Shown here: piece by piece, positions 28,390 through 41,333 of the stretch | Layout: every line of letters begins with the position of its first letter | Numbering within the stretch: position 1 is the stretch's first letter | Assembly (NCBI GenBank): GCA_964016885.1 | Contig: OZ024743.1 | Location: forward strand, 343,542,001-343,606,000 | Length of the DNA stretch: 64,000 nucleotides | Reading direction: 5' to 3' | Origin: Eledone cirrhosa | Lineage: Eukaryota | Position numbers and translations under genes: made by a program | The notes under the pieces: generated by a model | What the model saw: the letters and a program-made list of their open reading frames with translations, nothing else | What the model was told of the DNA's origin: nothing | Database searches by the model: none

Positions 28390-29816
28390 TGCATTTTAAT
28401 TTTATTGTTGCACTTGCGTGTTTACCTTGATTTTTGCTTGATTTGTTTTTATTATTTTATTTTATTTCTTAATTTATTTTAATCTTTCCTAATTACAACT
28501 TTAAATTCTTTCTCTATTATGAAATCTAACTACTGTGGGGATTTGCAACAAAAATATTTAATAGTTTTATAGTTATGGATGAAAAATTGTCTGTTGTTGC
28601 ATTAGATTTTGCTATTAAAAATTATTACATATTAACTGCAATCATCCTGCATTAGGCCTTCATAGCAAAAAGCTTTACTTAAAAACCATAAATCTTGTAG
28701 AACTACATGTTTAATTAATTTGATTTTTGATTTGTTTTTGTTTTACATTAAAACTGACTTCAAATAGATTTTTCAAAAAGATCGAAATAAATTCAGTGGG
28801 GCTGCTGTTGTAAACATTTGACTTTTATTTTTATATTTTTATTTATATTTTGAAATGCCTTTTGAAAATTGAGATGATGCATATTTATTTAAATCCTTGG
28901 GTTTAAAAATGTGTTTTATCGTATTAAGGCAACTTGAAATCTTTGTATATATACATGTTAATACAATAAATACATATTCATTGTATCTCTTAACACCATT
29001 CTAAATTCAGCCTTATCTTTTTACCATATCAAAGATTTATTTACAATTGAGACCTTACTAATCAATAATTTATTTCTTTAAAGCACAAGCATACATACTC
29101 TTATTTATATACACACATGCATTTGAGCATTAAAAATATACAAATAAATTGTTTGATTCAAATCTAGACTCAAAATATGCATTGTTATAAAACATTTAAT
29201 TTCTATTATTATTTCATAAATTAAAACTCATTAGGCTATTACATTTTAAAATTATTTTTAATAGCTACTTAATGATTGTTGTAGTGCAGGCATTCATATT
29301 TGAAGTGCATAAATATTGCTAGATAGTTTGGTTGCTCTCAACAATTACACATAACAATACAAATAATATTGTTCAACATTTTAAAGAATTAGTTACAATA
29401 GGCTAATCAAATTAATGTAATTACTGTTATTTCATAAATAATAATAATAAACTATTACTAAAGTCCAGATAAAATATTTGTGAAAGAATATTTTCTTTTC
29501 TCTCATAATGGAAATGTAGATAAATCTGTGTGCGTGCGTGTGCGAGAGAGAGAGAATATAAGGAAGGTATATTGCATGATTTGTCAGTTTTGTTTGGTTA
29601 AATATTTTTTTCCTCCTTGTTTTTTTTTTTTTTTAACATTCGTTAATTGAAAATGTGTTGCTCTGCAGTGGTAACTAACATAACTAGGTAGGCTGTCCCA
29701 TCCATCTCCTTCAATGAACCAGTCTATAGGCTTTATGATGAAACTGTTGTTGAAATCTGATCAGGCATTGAATGGATTTTTGTAAATGATTATTTGTATT
29801 ATTATTATTATTATTA

Positions 29817-30125
29817 GAGCGGTGTATTGGCAGTATCGGTAGAGGGTCGGACGCCATGCTTTGCAGCAAAGAGTTACGGCCCTTTATGGTCTTAGTTCAA
29901 ATCCCGCCGAGGTTAACTTTGCCTTTCATCCTTAGGGGGACGATAAAATAAAGTACCAGTAATGCACTGGATAATTGCTGGCCTTGTGCCAAAAAGTAGA
30001 AACAATTATTATTATTATTATTAATAATGGGGTTGATAAATAAAGCACCAGTAATGCACTGGTGTCAATTTAATCGATTTTCCCCTCCCATTCAAATTGC
30101 TGGCCGTGTGCCTAAAGTAGAAACA
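29817..30125 (+). mobile_element. SINE, Deu/Nin-like family, a young copy plus a second 3' half
   Basis: Head nearly identical to 11272-11420 (ggtcggacgccatgcttt.cagcaaagagtta.ggcc). Confidence 0.85.
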
Positions 30126-32402
30126 ATTATTATTATTCATATGAATAGAAATGTAAGATAAACCATGAAGACTATGAAGATTAGTGGTTCCCAGTCTTTT
30201 TAATACCAAGGACCATCCATTTAGATAATACATCACCCTTCATTCCAGGCTATCTCCTTTTTTTTTCCCTTTGGTGAAATGCTTTGTCTTTCAATAAGCC
30301 TATAAACTCTCAAGTGTCCACAGACCATAGTAATAGTTTGATATATAATAATTTCTTAGTAACAATGTAATTAATAGAACTGCCAGTATTTCATTCCACC
30401 CGTTTACATTTTGAGTTTTTTTTAGAAATTAACTTTCCATTCTTCTTTTTTTTTTTTAGGGGTCAAAGTGTATGAGTATTTTTTTTTTAAAGCGCTCTCA
30501 CCATTTTAGGCTTTCCTCGAGCAGTTAAATTGCTGCATTGGTATTAGTTGTTAGCATGTTAGTTGACAAATGACTGAAATTCCCCAAAATTTGAATTTGA
30601 ATCATACATTCCCAATTTGTAATTGGAAAAATTATGTCACTGTTGATTAATTTCTTATTTGTTAACTTTAATTTCAATTTTACACTAATTAGAAATTTTG
30701 TAAAGGCAAAAAAAAGTTTTGTTGGCTATTATCACTTATAGTTTAGAAGTTTAATTTTTGTAAAATTATTCTCCATATTTTAGAAAAAATTATTCTTGAA
30801 CAATAAAGGATGAATGTATTTTTTTAAGATAGATTAGAGTAATAAACAGAAAAGGAGGAAATTAAATAGTGAAAAGGGTGAAGGGAGGGGTGGGAAACTC
30901 TACACTCTTGGCTAGGTGGTTTATCTCAGCTGTACTCTGCAGACAAGACAGTGAAAGCATTGCTGCAGAGAGCAGCCAGTAACACTAACTGCATCAGCCA
31001 TTCCACCTCATAGGGCTCTTTCCTCAGGTGGGATGTACTCCTCCTGATTTTGTGGGGGAAAACAACAGTTTGGAGACTGAGGACACTGGAAGTTTCTATG
31101 ATGACTGGTACAAAAAGGAAGTGGCTAGCCAAGCTTCGGTATTTGGATACCTCACAATCATCTGTGTTATGGGTAGCTATTCCTGGATTTGTGGTGCCCT
31201 ATATTAGTGATTTACCCCTCTTGAACAGGAAAAAGATTATCTTGTTTGGGTTAGACAGTTATACCTCTGGAAATTTGATCTCTAGTGTCATACATTACCA
31301 GTTTTATTCTAGCAATTTAAAAAATATCTTTTTGTCTGTGTTTGTCATTTAAGAATAAATTACACAAGAATAAATTACACAAATTACACTTTCTTGAAGG
31401 CTGTATTTTACTTTATATATGCCATAATTCTTTCCCATACCTAGTGGATAACAAGAAATAAAGAAGGATTTTATATATATAAACTCTTTTAAAATATTTC
31501 CTCAAGTTTTATTACTTGATTACTAAATCTATTTAACAAAATAGTGTAGTATTTATCAAAATGTTCTGGTTTATGATAACTGGAAATAAAGAAAAATATG
31601 TTCCAACTATTTTCTTATGCTAAAACAAAATATTTATAGTGAAATATAACTATCTATTAGTTATAAATTTATTGTTAACAGAACCATGCAATAATTCTTT
31701 CAAAGAAATAAAGAACTAAGAAACAGCTAGATATATTAACCAGTTATTCACCATTACTGTCAGGTGACTGGTATATTTAGAAAAGATTATCATAGTATTA
31801 AAATAAATATGGAAGCTACATAGCTAAATGGTTATCATAAATCTTGAGTCAAGCCAAAACTTCTTAATGAAATTGGGTGACAGACATAGTTTGGAAGACT
31901 GTCTAATGGACTACTTGTAATTCAAAGGTTGCAAGTGTCATGCTGAATCTCTGAGAATTATGTTAAGGGTACAGCCACTTAAACATTCATTCCATGAGTA
32001 GGCTGCTCCATAGATTGAAAGACTCTCAAACACTTGTTGAAGCCAACAGCGATTCATTTACTTTACTATCATAGTACTTCTCAATGCTCTACTTTAATCC
32101 CCCTGTTTTCCAAGTTCAAATCCCTTTAGAGACAATAGAGTAAGTTTTACTAACTAAAGTAAAAACTATTTAGTCAATTCAGTACACTCCTTGATTGTAT
32201 TTAAAGAGAAAGGTGCTGTGCAGAGTCCTTGTGCCTATTCAGAATAGCATTATTGGCTGGAGCTGCAAGATCAGTTTCCCTATAAGAAATTTAATTTTCT
32301 TATTGGGTTCGACAGTAAAATGTTGTTGATATGCAAAATAAAAAAAAACCTTCTATACCCTAACTTTTCTTTAATTGGCTCTGAGCGTAAGATTATAATT
32401 GC

Positions 32403-32610
32403 TGTGGATTGACAGAATTGTTAGTGCCAGACAAAATACGTGTGGTATTTGTTCTGACTCTTTACATTCTGAGTTTAAATCCAGCCAAAGTCAACTTTGC
32501 TTTTCATCCTTCTGGAGTTAATAAAATAGAGTGCCTGTCAACTACTGGGGTCCATTTAATTGGCTTTCCCCTCTCCACAAATTGCTGGCCTTATGCCTAA
32601 ATTACAAATC
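32403..32610 (+). mobile_element. SINE, Deu/Nin-like family
   Basis: Same motifs as the 11150-12070 cluster. Confidence 0.8.
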
Positions 32611-33628
32611 CTTATTATTATTAAAGCAGTTGAGTGGTAAAAATGATAGATTTTTTTATGGTGTTTAGTTAGATCCCTTTATATTTTGCATTAAAATCTC
32701 ACTGATATCAAATCCATCTTATATCCCTCTTGTAGAGGGTCAATAGCATAATTACTAAGGCTGTATTTTTCCTTACAAATTTGAGCTTTTGTGATAATTT
32801 AAAAAAAAACTCATTTACCAGATCAGTAAGGTTTGGTAATATTTAGTCTACATTTTGAGTTCAAATCAATTTAGAGTAAACTTTGACTTTCATCCTTCCC
32901 TAGTTTGATAATACCAGAGATTTAATTGGATGAATTTGTTCAATTACTGTATATACTTGTAGAAATGATCAAGCATGTAGGGTGGGTTGGTCATGTCACT
33001 ACATGAATATCAGCATTGTAAACAAATATCCTTTGATGATGTCATGTGAAAACAAACATCTGTGACATTATGCACATTGTGTCATCCTTATCTGTCTAAA
33101 TTTCACACCTGTATAAGCACAGATTTATTAGAATTATTTTTAAAAATTGTTCTAGTTCTAATTGGGAAAAAGTTACCTAAAATTTAATTTATGAATGCTA
33201 AAAACAAGAGATAAAGTTATGAAGTTGGTACCTTTAATTGCATGCTATCAAATATGCTGAAGAGCTTGTAAATCATAGTGCTAAGAGAGAGTTTTGTGTG
33301 TCAGGAAGATAGTGAAGGGCTAGCAGAAACAAAAAGAGACAAAAAAAAATGCTGAAGACAAAATGTACTAAACTATCTTCCTATATAAAGAATTGGAGAC
33401 GATTTATATATTTGGGTATGTGAATAGAATTTTCTCCTGTTGAGCTATTAGAATGAAAACATTACAGCTCTCCATGGATACAAGTAAATATATGAATCAA
33501 TTAATTCAAGGAAAACTTGTCACTGTTTACTCATAGTTTACTGAAGACTAATCTGCAGATAAATCTTTGTCCTTTTGTTTTTAGTGTGTATATGTTTGAA
33601 TGTGAGAAAGACAGTTTTCTCTCTGGAC

Positions 33629-33673
33629 TCAGTTGAAAGCACTTACTGTCAAGCAGTAAGTGCTTTCAACTGA
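33629..33673. repeat. Perfect 20-bp inverted repeat with a 5-nt loop
   Basis: TCAGTTGAAAGCACTTACTG-tcaag-CAGTAAGTGCTTTCAACTGA. Confidence 0.95.
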
Positions 33674-35559
33674 CATAAAGGCCTGTTGACCCTGTGGATC
33701 TGCAGTGGGGAGTCACCGTGATTGGTTTAATTCATAATGGTTGGCATTTATTTCTTTAAAAAAATCCTTGTTATTGGATTCTCTACCCTCTTCATGAAGA
33801 GTACTCAAAAAGACCAATCACAATAAAAATTTTGAAATAGATGCAATATAACTCAAAAGTTACACATTTCAGCTGGATGGTGTACAAGATTCATGAATAA
33901 ATCTTGGTAACATTACATTAGTGAGCTGGTAGCAATGGTTGACTATAAACTGTTACCAATAATTCCATTGACTCATGAAACAATGGATATTATAAATGTT
34001 ATAATGTTCATTAAAATCAATTCTTGAATGTTTATTTAATTCTAACAGACTCCATGTGTACCATAAAAAACATTTGCACAATTCTCTGTTAATTGGCTGT
34101 ATGCCCATTAGATGCTCCATATATTGTCAATCATTTAAGACTGTTCTGTTTGTTCCTTGCATAGAAATACACTACTATGATATCTGTGATTCCGGGACTT
34201 TACTAGACTGTAGGGTCAATGACAGGGATCATTTCAGCTAAACGTGTATATTATGTAACCACAAAGTGCAAGCGAAATTGTGCAATTAGTATTCACACAA
34301 AAAGCAATGTGGCTTATGTAAAGGTCAAAGGCTGAAGTCAAAATATATATACAGCGGGTATGTGACATATACAAGTATATACAGTACTTCCCATCCCTGC
34401 AAATTTGTGGCTTCGTAATTATTATTTATTAATTATTTCCTGCTTTTAACTCCAGTTTTGATAGCTTATCTTCCCAATCAACTTTGCCTTTCATCCTTAT
34501 GTTGCTGTGCCATACCATAGCAGCGAATTAGCAGAATGATTAAAGTGCTAAATGAGATGATGCTAATGTGGTCTACTAGGGTGGTAAACTTAATCTGTTA
34601 TCTGGATTAACATTACCATCTGACCCTTGTGTGCCATTAGTAATGACCACTCTGTTACAATCATTCAATCTAGGTCTCTGGTTTGAGGATACCTTCCTTC
34701 CTCTCTGACAAAACAATAGGAAAGTCCTTAATTCTCCTCAGACAATGTCTTAAAGCTATTTCAGTGTCCATCAATAATAATTTCTCCCTCTCTTAAATTC
34801 ATTTCATCTTTGGAAGAATATATCTACCCATAGTTCCTTTACAGAAATGTGATTTTTTTTTTGTTCATTACACCCTCTCCTGCTGTCTTATTTTGCATCA
34901 CACTCACACACATGAACCGACTCATTTTACACATATATACACACACATATATACACACAGTTTACACAACAATTTACACAACAGCTTACTCCGTATTATT
35001 TCTCGTTCTTTATCTTCTTCTTCTCCTTCCTGTCTTGTCTTGCACCATATTCCTACTTACTCCACCTACTCCTTTCCATATTTCATTGTTTCTTTCTTGT
35101 CTCTCCTCTCCTTTGCTTATTCCTCCTTTTTTTAAAAATATTCTTCCCTATATTTTTTTCACCCACATCACTCGCATACACTCAATCTCTCTTTCTAATA
35201 TCACTCTTTCACTCGTGTAGCAACTCTTTCTCTCAAACACACACAACACTCTCTCTCACTCACACTCTCTGTCTTGCACTCTCACTCTCTCTCTGCCCTT
35301 CCTCTTCCCATTTCTTTTATTAGTCAAATACATTTATTGTTTTTACAATCTCCTATGCTCAAATATGTGTTACCATAGCAATGAGGACTTTATTTTATTA
35401 TGGTTATTATTGAAATAAGGTCCATGCTACTCCTTAACACAGATTTCATAGTAAAATTTCATCAAATTTCTCTCCTCCCCACCAATTTCTTTGTTATACA
35501 TATATACAAACTTCATCCCATGTTCAAGATGACTTTTAAATTTCTTGTAATGTTTTGTG

Positions 35560-35945
35560 TGTAAATATGTATGTGTGAATGTGCATATGTGTGCATATAT
35601 ATGAGTGGGTGTGTGTATGTGTTCATGTATGTGTGTATGTATGTATATATATATACATGTGTGTGGATAAATGTATGTGTGTGTATATATATATATGTAT
35701 ATATATACATGTATGGGAATAAATGTATGTGTATATGCATATATGTAAGTGTGTATATATATATATGTATATTTATATACATGTGGATAAATGCATGCAT
35801 GTGTATGTATATATATCTATGTATATGTATATATATTGTATCCACGTGTGTATATACATAACATAAGCGTGTACTTATATCGTGTGTGTATATGTATATT
35901 TATGTATATACATGCATGTATGTATAAGAATATATATAATTTATA
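35560..35945. repeat. Degenerate TG/TA microsatellite
   Basis: Direct inspection. Confidence 0.9.
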
Positions 35946-36128
35946 TAATTGTATTAACAATACAGAGTTCTTTGATATTTCTAGAAACAAAATGAATGAA
36001 CATTTTTTTAAAATCAATATTTCCTTATGATTTTATTATAATCTATCCTACATAATCTTTACTATGTCAGAGGAAAAAGAAAAATAACAAATTACAAAAA
36101 CAAAGTTAAGAATATATATATATATATA

Positions 36129-36329
36129 TCTTTTCCTGAGTCCAGTATTTTCGTTGCTCTGGTGATGTGGCTGGACTGCCGATCGCTATATTTGATTTGC
36201 TAAGCTGTCTAAACGTATTGTTATTACTCTGGGGTACTTTTCCTCATCCAAGTGCTAAAGCTACATACCGAATTTGCATTCGTTAGCTTGGCCGCGATCT
36301 AAAGCTTCGTTAATGCTGTTCTAAAATTT
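36129..36329. mobile_element. About 200-bp element embedded in a TA microsatellite (copy 2)
   Basis: Shares tattttcgttgctctggt, gatttgctaagctgtct, tgttattactctggggt and tagcttggccg with 19363-19556. Confidence 0.75.
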
Positions 36330-36340
36330 ATATATATATT

Positions 36341-36672
36341 GCGAGCAATGAATCTTGATGTGGATTTAACCCCCAAAACTCTTTCCGAACTATATAAGGA
36401 ACACTTGTGATTATTTATGCCCTTGAGAAGCCCAACTGGGCGAAACGTACGTAGGTGATATTTTAAATAAACATGTTTTAACGGTCTATTCTCCGATTTT
36501 TCACTTTCCCACGTGCTTACGCTCTGCTAACTCTCTAGCCCACTAAATATTAACACTTCGAATATTTAATACTGCCGGCACTAGTATCGAGCACCTTTGG
36601 CATACGCTACTTGGCAAATAACTATATGTATCACCTATCCCTCCTTTTTCTCTCTTTCTCGATACGTAAATA
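36341..36672 (+). mobile_element. Penelope-like element 3' end / pseudo-LTR
   Basis: Short frame MNLDVDLTPKTLSELYKEHL* (36348-36410) resembles the N.D....LS..Y...L* end of Penelope GIY-YIG ORFs. It is followed directly by a hammerhead-like motif and AATAAA, and flanked by (TA)n. Confidence 0.6.
36416..36460 (+). ncRNA. Minimal type-I hammerhead ribozyme motif (degenerate helix I)
   Basis: cc UUGAGAA GCCC-aacu-GGGC GAAA CGUAC GUA^ gg: U3:A8 core variant, 4-bp helix II, palindromic ACGUACGU helix III. Confidence 0.6.
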
Positions 36673-36704
36673 CTATATATATATATATATATACTGTTAA
36701 TAAA

Positions 36705-36840
36705 AAGGACGATTTGTTAGGTCTTCATTACATCTGAGTAGTGACACGCGTTTCGCTATTGAGCTGCTCAAAGTTCAATTTGTATCGATCTGGCCCGACT
36801 CTAGAATCAAAAGCTTGTTTTTTTTATGGCCTTGTGTAAT
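36705..36840. repeat. Interspersed repeat, homologous to 59895-60030
   Basis: Shared gatttgtta..cttcattac, gtgaca..gtttcgctattga, tgtatcga, gaatcaaaagct. Confidence 0.65.
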
Positions 36841-36911
36841 AAACAGACTAAACGTTCATTGAAAGATGGATCCTTACACCATTCATAGTGTCTGTATATC
36901 TAAATATATAA

Positions 36912-36948
<37 letters not shown>

Positions 36949-37576
36949 ACATATACATACAGTGTATGTATATGTGGTGTGTATAAGTTGTACTATTTTC
37001 CACAAAATATGTGAAAAACCAGCATACCTCTTATCTACTGGACATACAATATATCGTACATTGTAAATGTGCAACTTATACATGAGTATATATGTTAAAT
37101 ATATATTATTTAACATAAATTTCATACACTTGAGTAGTGGAAATTTTGGTTAAAATTTAGGGACATAACTAAGAAAATAACTGCATTACAAGTAATTCTA
37201 AGATGGAGCTGTAGAATATAATGATATCTTGTGGCCGATAAATTAATCACTTAGGTAACAATTTTTTCACCCTTTAGTTAGTTACTTCTGGCCATGCCGG
37301 AGCATTGCTGCCTCTACAATTTATCTATACTTACCTTAGCATTCAATCGGTATTTGCCTGTTAGACTTTTGTGAGGTGAGAATTGTTACTATTAAGTAAG
37401 CTTCTGTTCTGGTATGTATAGTCACTTAACTAGGGTTATGTTGTTGAGTGAAAAGGTGGGATTCAGTGTTTTTTTATCATCAGCTACCCTAGATTAATGT
37501 CAGTCTCTTGTTACTTTAGTTTGTTAACCATAGTTATAAGCAATATTATCATTGTTGTTGTTATTATTATTCATGT

Positions 37577-38062
37577 AAGGGTGGTAGTTTGGCAAAGTTG
37601 TTAGAGTGTCAGATAGAATGTTTTGTAGTATTTGCTCTGGCTGTTAACACTCTGAGTTCAAATCCCGCTGAGGTTAATTTTGCGTTTCATCATTCGACAG
37701 TCGATAAAATAAAGTACCAGTCAAGTACTGGATTGATATAGTCATCTTACCCTTTCCCTCAAAATTACTGGCCTTGTGCCTAAATTAGAAACAACTGTTA
37801 TTATTTATCTTTGTTTTTATTAGTTGCTAACATAGGCATAAGACCATAAATTTGATTGGTTAATTCTCATGCCCCTCCGCAGTATTTGACTTAGTATATT
37901 TTATTTTATTGACTCCTAGAAGGATAAAAGGCACACTTACTCTCGCTGAAGTCAGTTTTGCCTTTCATCCTTTAGGAGTCAACAAAATAAAGTACCAGTC
38001 ACGCACTGGGGTCGACTTTCCCATTTCCCCAAAATTGCTGGCTTTGTGCCCAAATTAGAAAC
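37577..38062. mobile_element. SINE cluster in +/-/+ orientation
   Basis: Full + copy at 37577-37790, inverted partial copy at about 37830-37935, + partial copy at 37945-38062. Confidence 0.8.
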
Positions 38063-38122
<60 letters not shown>

Positions 38123-38400
38123 CATCAACATCACTATTGTATTGTTAGATTCCCTTTTAGCTGAGAGAGACATGTTGCACTAAAAATGTAAAGCGAATTT
38201 CTTTAAAATAGCCCTCTAATTTTAGAGTGTTATAATATAAAAAGAAGTAGCAGGAAATATTTGAGGTTTGTATACGATAATATTGCCTATATGTAATATA
38301 TCTATAGGTAATATATATATATTGCATATTTTCCAAGGATTTATCTTTTATGTATACGTTCACTGGATATATATTGTTAAGAATGTTTCAGAAAGCCTAA

Positions 38401-38751
38401 TACAAAACTAGTTAAAAATAAAGGAGTGAAAATGAAAGTGAAGTAAAACTCTACTTATATTTGATTTATATTTCAGGATTAAAATGCCTTTTCAAAATAA
38501 AATGCAGTATAAAGGTTGTAATGGTGGACTGGTCTCCTTTGCACAGATATTTGAGGCAGTAGCGACATATGCAAACTGGTATTGTTCACATGAACTGCTT
38601 GAGCTTGATTAACTATTGTAACAATACCAGCTTGCACATGTCACTCCCCAACTCTATCCCTAAATAACTGAAAAAAAGAAACCAGCTTGCCACAACCTAT
38701 TAAAAAGGGATTTTATCCATTTTCACTCCTATATTTCTAATTTGCATTGTA
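38401..38751. repeat. Long imperfect fold-back (about 350 nt)
   Basis: 38422-38434 pairs perfectly with 38718-38730. 38564-38586 pairs with 38620-38642 (21 of 23). Further collinear blocks lie between them. Confidence 0.85.
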
Positions 38752-39194
38752 CTGACTTTTTTAAAAATAATTTTAACTATATATATATATATATATATTT
38801 ACAACACCAGTGACAAAATTGTGAAAATAACAAACAAGGCCCTAACTACAGAAAAACACTAGTTTTGGCCTGAGGCTTCTTTAGCAAAAGCTATCTCATT
38901 TTGCTGTATACTGCTTCTGTTTGCTGACAGAAGATCAGCACTATTTTTCATATCATTTGCCTGCCTACTAAAAATCAAGATCTGCTATATAAAAAATTAT
39001 ATATTGAAATAAATCATTGCTTCTGTGCTACCTTGCATTTCTGCAGCATTTTATAACCTTGTGGCATGCCAGCTGTACTCTGCCTAAGCTTAATTCCCAG
39101 TTAAATATCACATTTTATTAAATTTGAGGTTAAAGTAATAGTTATTCTGTAGATGCAACAATTATAATTGTCATTAAAATTATTTAATTAATTT

Positions 39195-39196
<2 letters not shown>

Positions 39197-39233
<37 letters not shown>

Positions 39234-39392
39234 ATAAAGTATATATACATATATGTTATAAAGTATATATATATATGTATATAGTATGTGTATATATATA
39301 TATGTATATATACATATACTATTTACATATGTATATATATATATATATGTGTGTGTGTGTATATATAGTATATGTACATATGTATATAGTAT

Positions 39393-39432
<40 letters not shown>

Positions 39433-39452
39433 ATGCTTGTGTGTATATATAT
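39197..39452. repeat. TA/TG microsatellite
   Basis: Direct inspection. Confidence 0.93.
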
Positions 39453-40193
39453 GTATTTAATACATGTAAGCTTAATTTAATACATGTCAAGCTTAAATCA
39501 TTTCCATGGTTGAATGCAAATTTCCAATCAAACATTGGGACAGTTTAAGCTTAACTGTTGGGTTTACATGTATTAAACAATAACTACACTCTTTCTTTAA
39601 AATATGAAGTACTAAATTGAATAATGGTCTTATTAGTAACATCTTATCCATTATATATGTAAATATATACACTATTTCTATTTTCTTAATTCCATCAACA
39701 TCAGCGCTTATTTATATTAATTTAATTTATATATCATTAATATTTAAAAAAACAACAAAAAAAACTATTAATCACTATCTAGTTTTCAAATAATTTTTTG
39801 ATTAATTTTCAAGTATTTCTTAACCATTTTTCTTTAAGTTATATTTTTTTTTAAATTAATATTTTATATAAAAATATACTTTATATATATATATATATAG
39901 GAAATATATGCAGTTCTAGTTTTTTTAAATATAAAATAAATGTTACCAGATTTATAGCAGCTCCACGTTATATAAATATAGATGTATATTGTAACTTTCC
40001 GTGAATCAGTGTGGGACATAATGAGGTCATAGAGTTAAGTTTAAATAACTCCCTCTAAGTTAAAGATAGTGTAATTTGAATATTTATTCTTTTCCCTTAT
40101 TTTTCAATGCCACAAAGAAATGTTAAATAAATTTATATTTAAAAAAATGTTTAATTCAATTTGTCAGTTTACCTGTTTTACTCTTCTTTCTGA

Positions 40194-40555
40194 TACATAT
40201 ATATATTTGAAGAATGTATATGTTTATGTGTATGTATATATATATGTACATATGTACATATATATATATATATAATACATACATACACATATATACATAC
40301 ATACACATATATACATACATATACATACACATATATACACATACATATAAATACATATATATATGGTGTATGTATGTACATATATATATATGTATTTATA
40401 TGTATGTGTATGTATGTATATGTATATATATTTTTATGTATATATATATATATATATGTATGTATATGTACGTATGTGTATGTATGTATGTATGTATGTA
40501 TATGTATATATACATACACATATATACATACATACACATATGCATATACATATAA

Positions 40556-40605
<50 letters not shown>

Positions 40606-40676
40606 GGTGTATGTATGTATGTATGTATGTATATATATATATATGTATTTATATGGTGTATATATATATATGTATT

Positions 40677-40707
<31 letters not shown>

Positions 40708-41028
40708 TTGTATATGTACGTATATTTATATGTATGTATATATATATATATATTTATATGTATGTGTATATATGTATATGTATGTATGTGTATATATGTA
40801 TATGTATGTATGTGTATATATGTATATGTATGTATGTGTATATATGTGTATGTATGTATGTATATATATATGTGCATATATGTATGTGTACATATATATG
40901 TGTATATATATATGTACATATATGTATGTGTATATATATATGTGTATATATATATATGTATATGTACATATGTGTATGTATGTATATGTACGTATATTTC
41001 TCTATATATATATGTGTGTGTGTGTATG
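40194..41028. repeat. TA/TATG compound microsatellite
   Basis: Direct inspection. Confidence 0.97.
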
Positions 41029-41211
41029 GGTGTATTTTTCAATGTATAAGATGCACTTTTTAACCCCAAAATTTGTCAAAATCTGCCTACTTCCTATATA
41101 CCTAATAAAAATCTTAAATAGTTTTTTCTCCAACCTTTTTTAATCAAAATAAGTTTGCGACTTATACACTTGTGATGCATCTTATACTCCAAAGGAATAC
41201 AGTCTGCATGT

Positions 41212-41272
<61 letters not shown>

Positions 41273-41333
41273 AAAAATGATTGATCTCTATTCAAATGTA
41301 TGTGAACAGCCTTTAAAATTATTAACCATTTAG

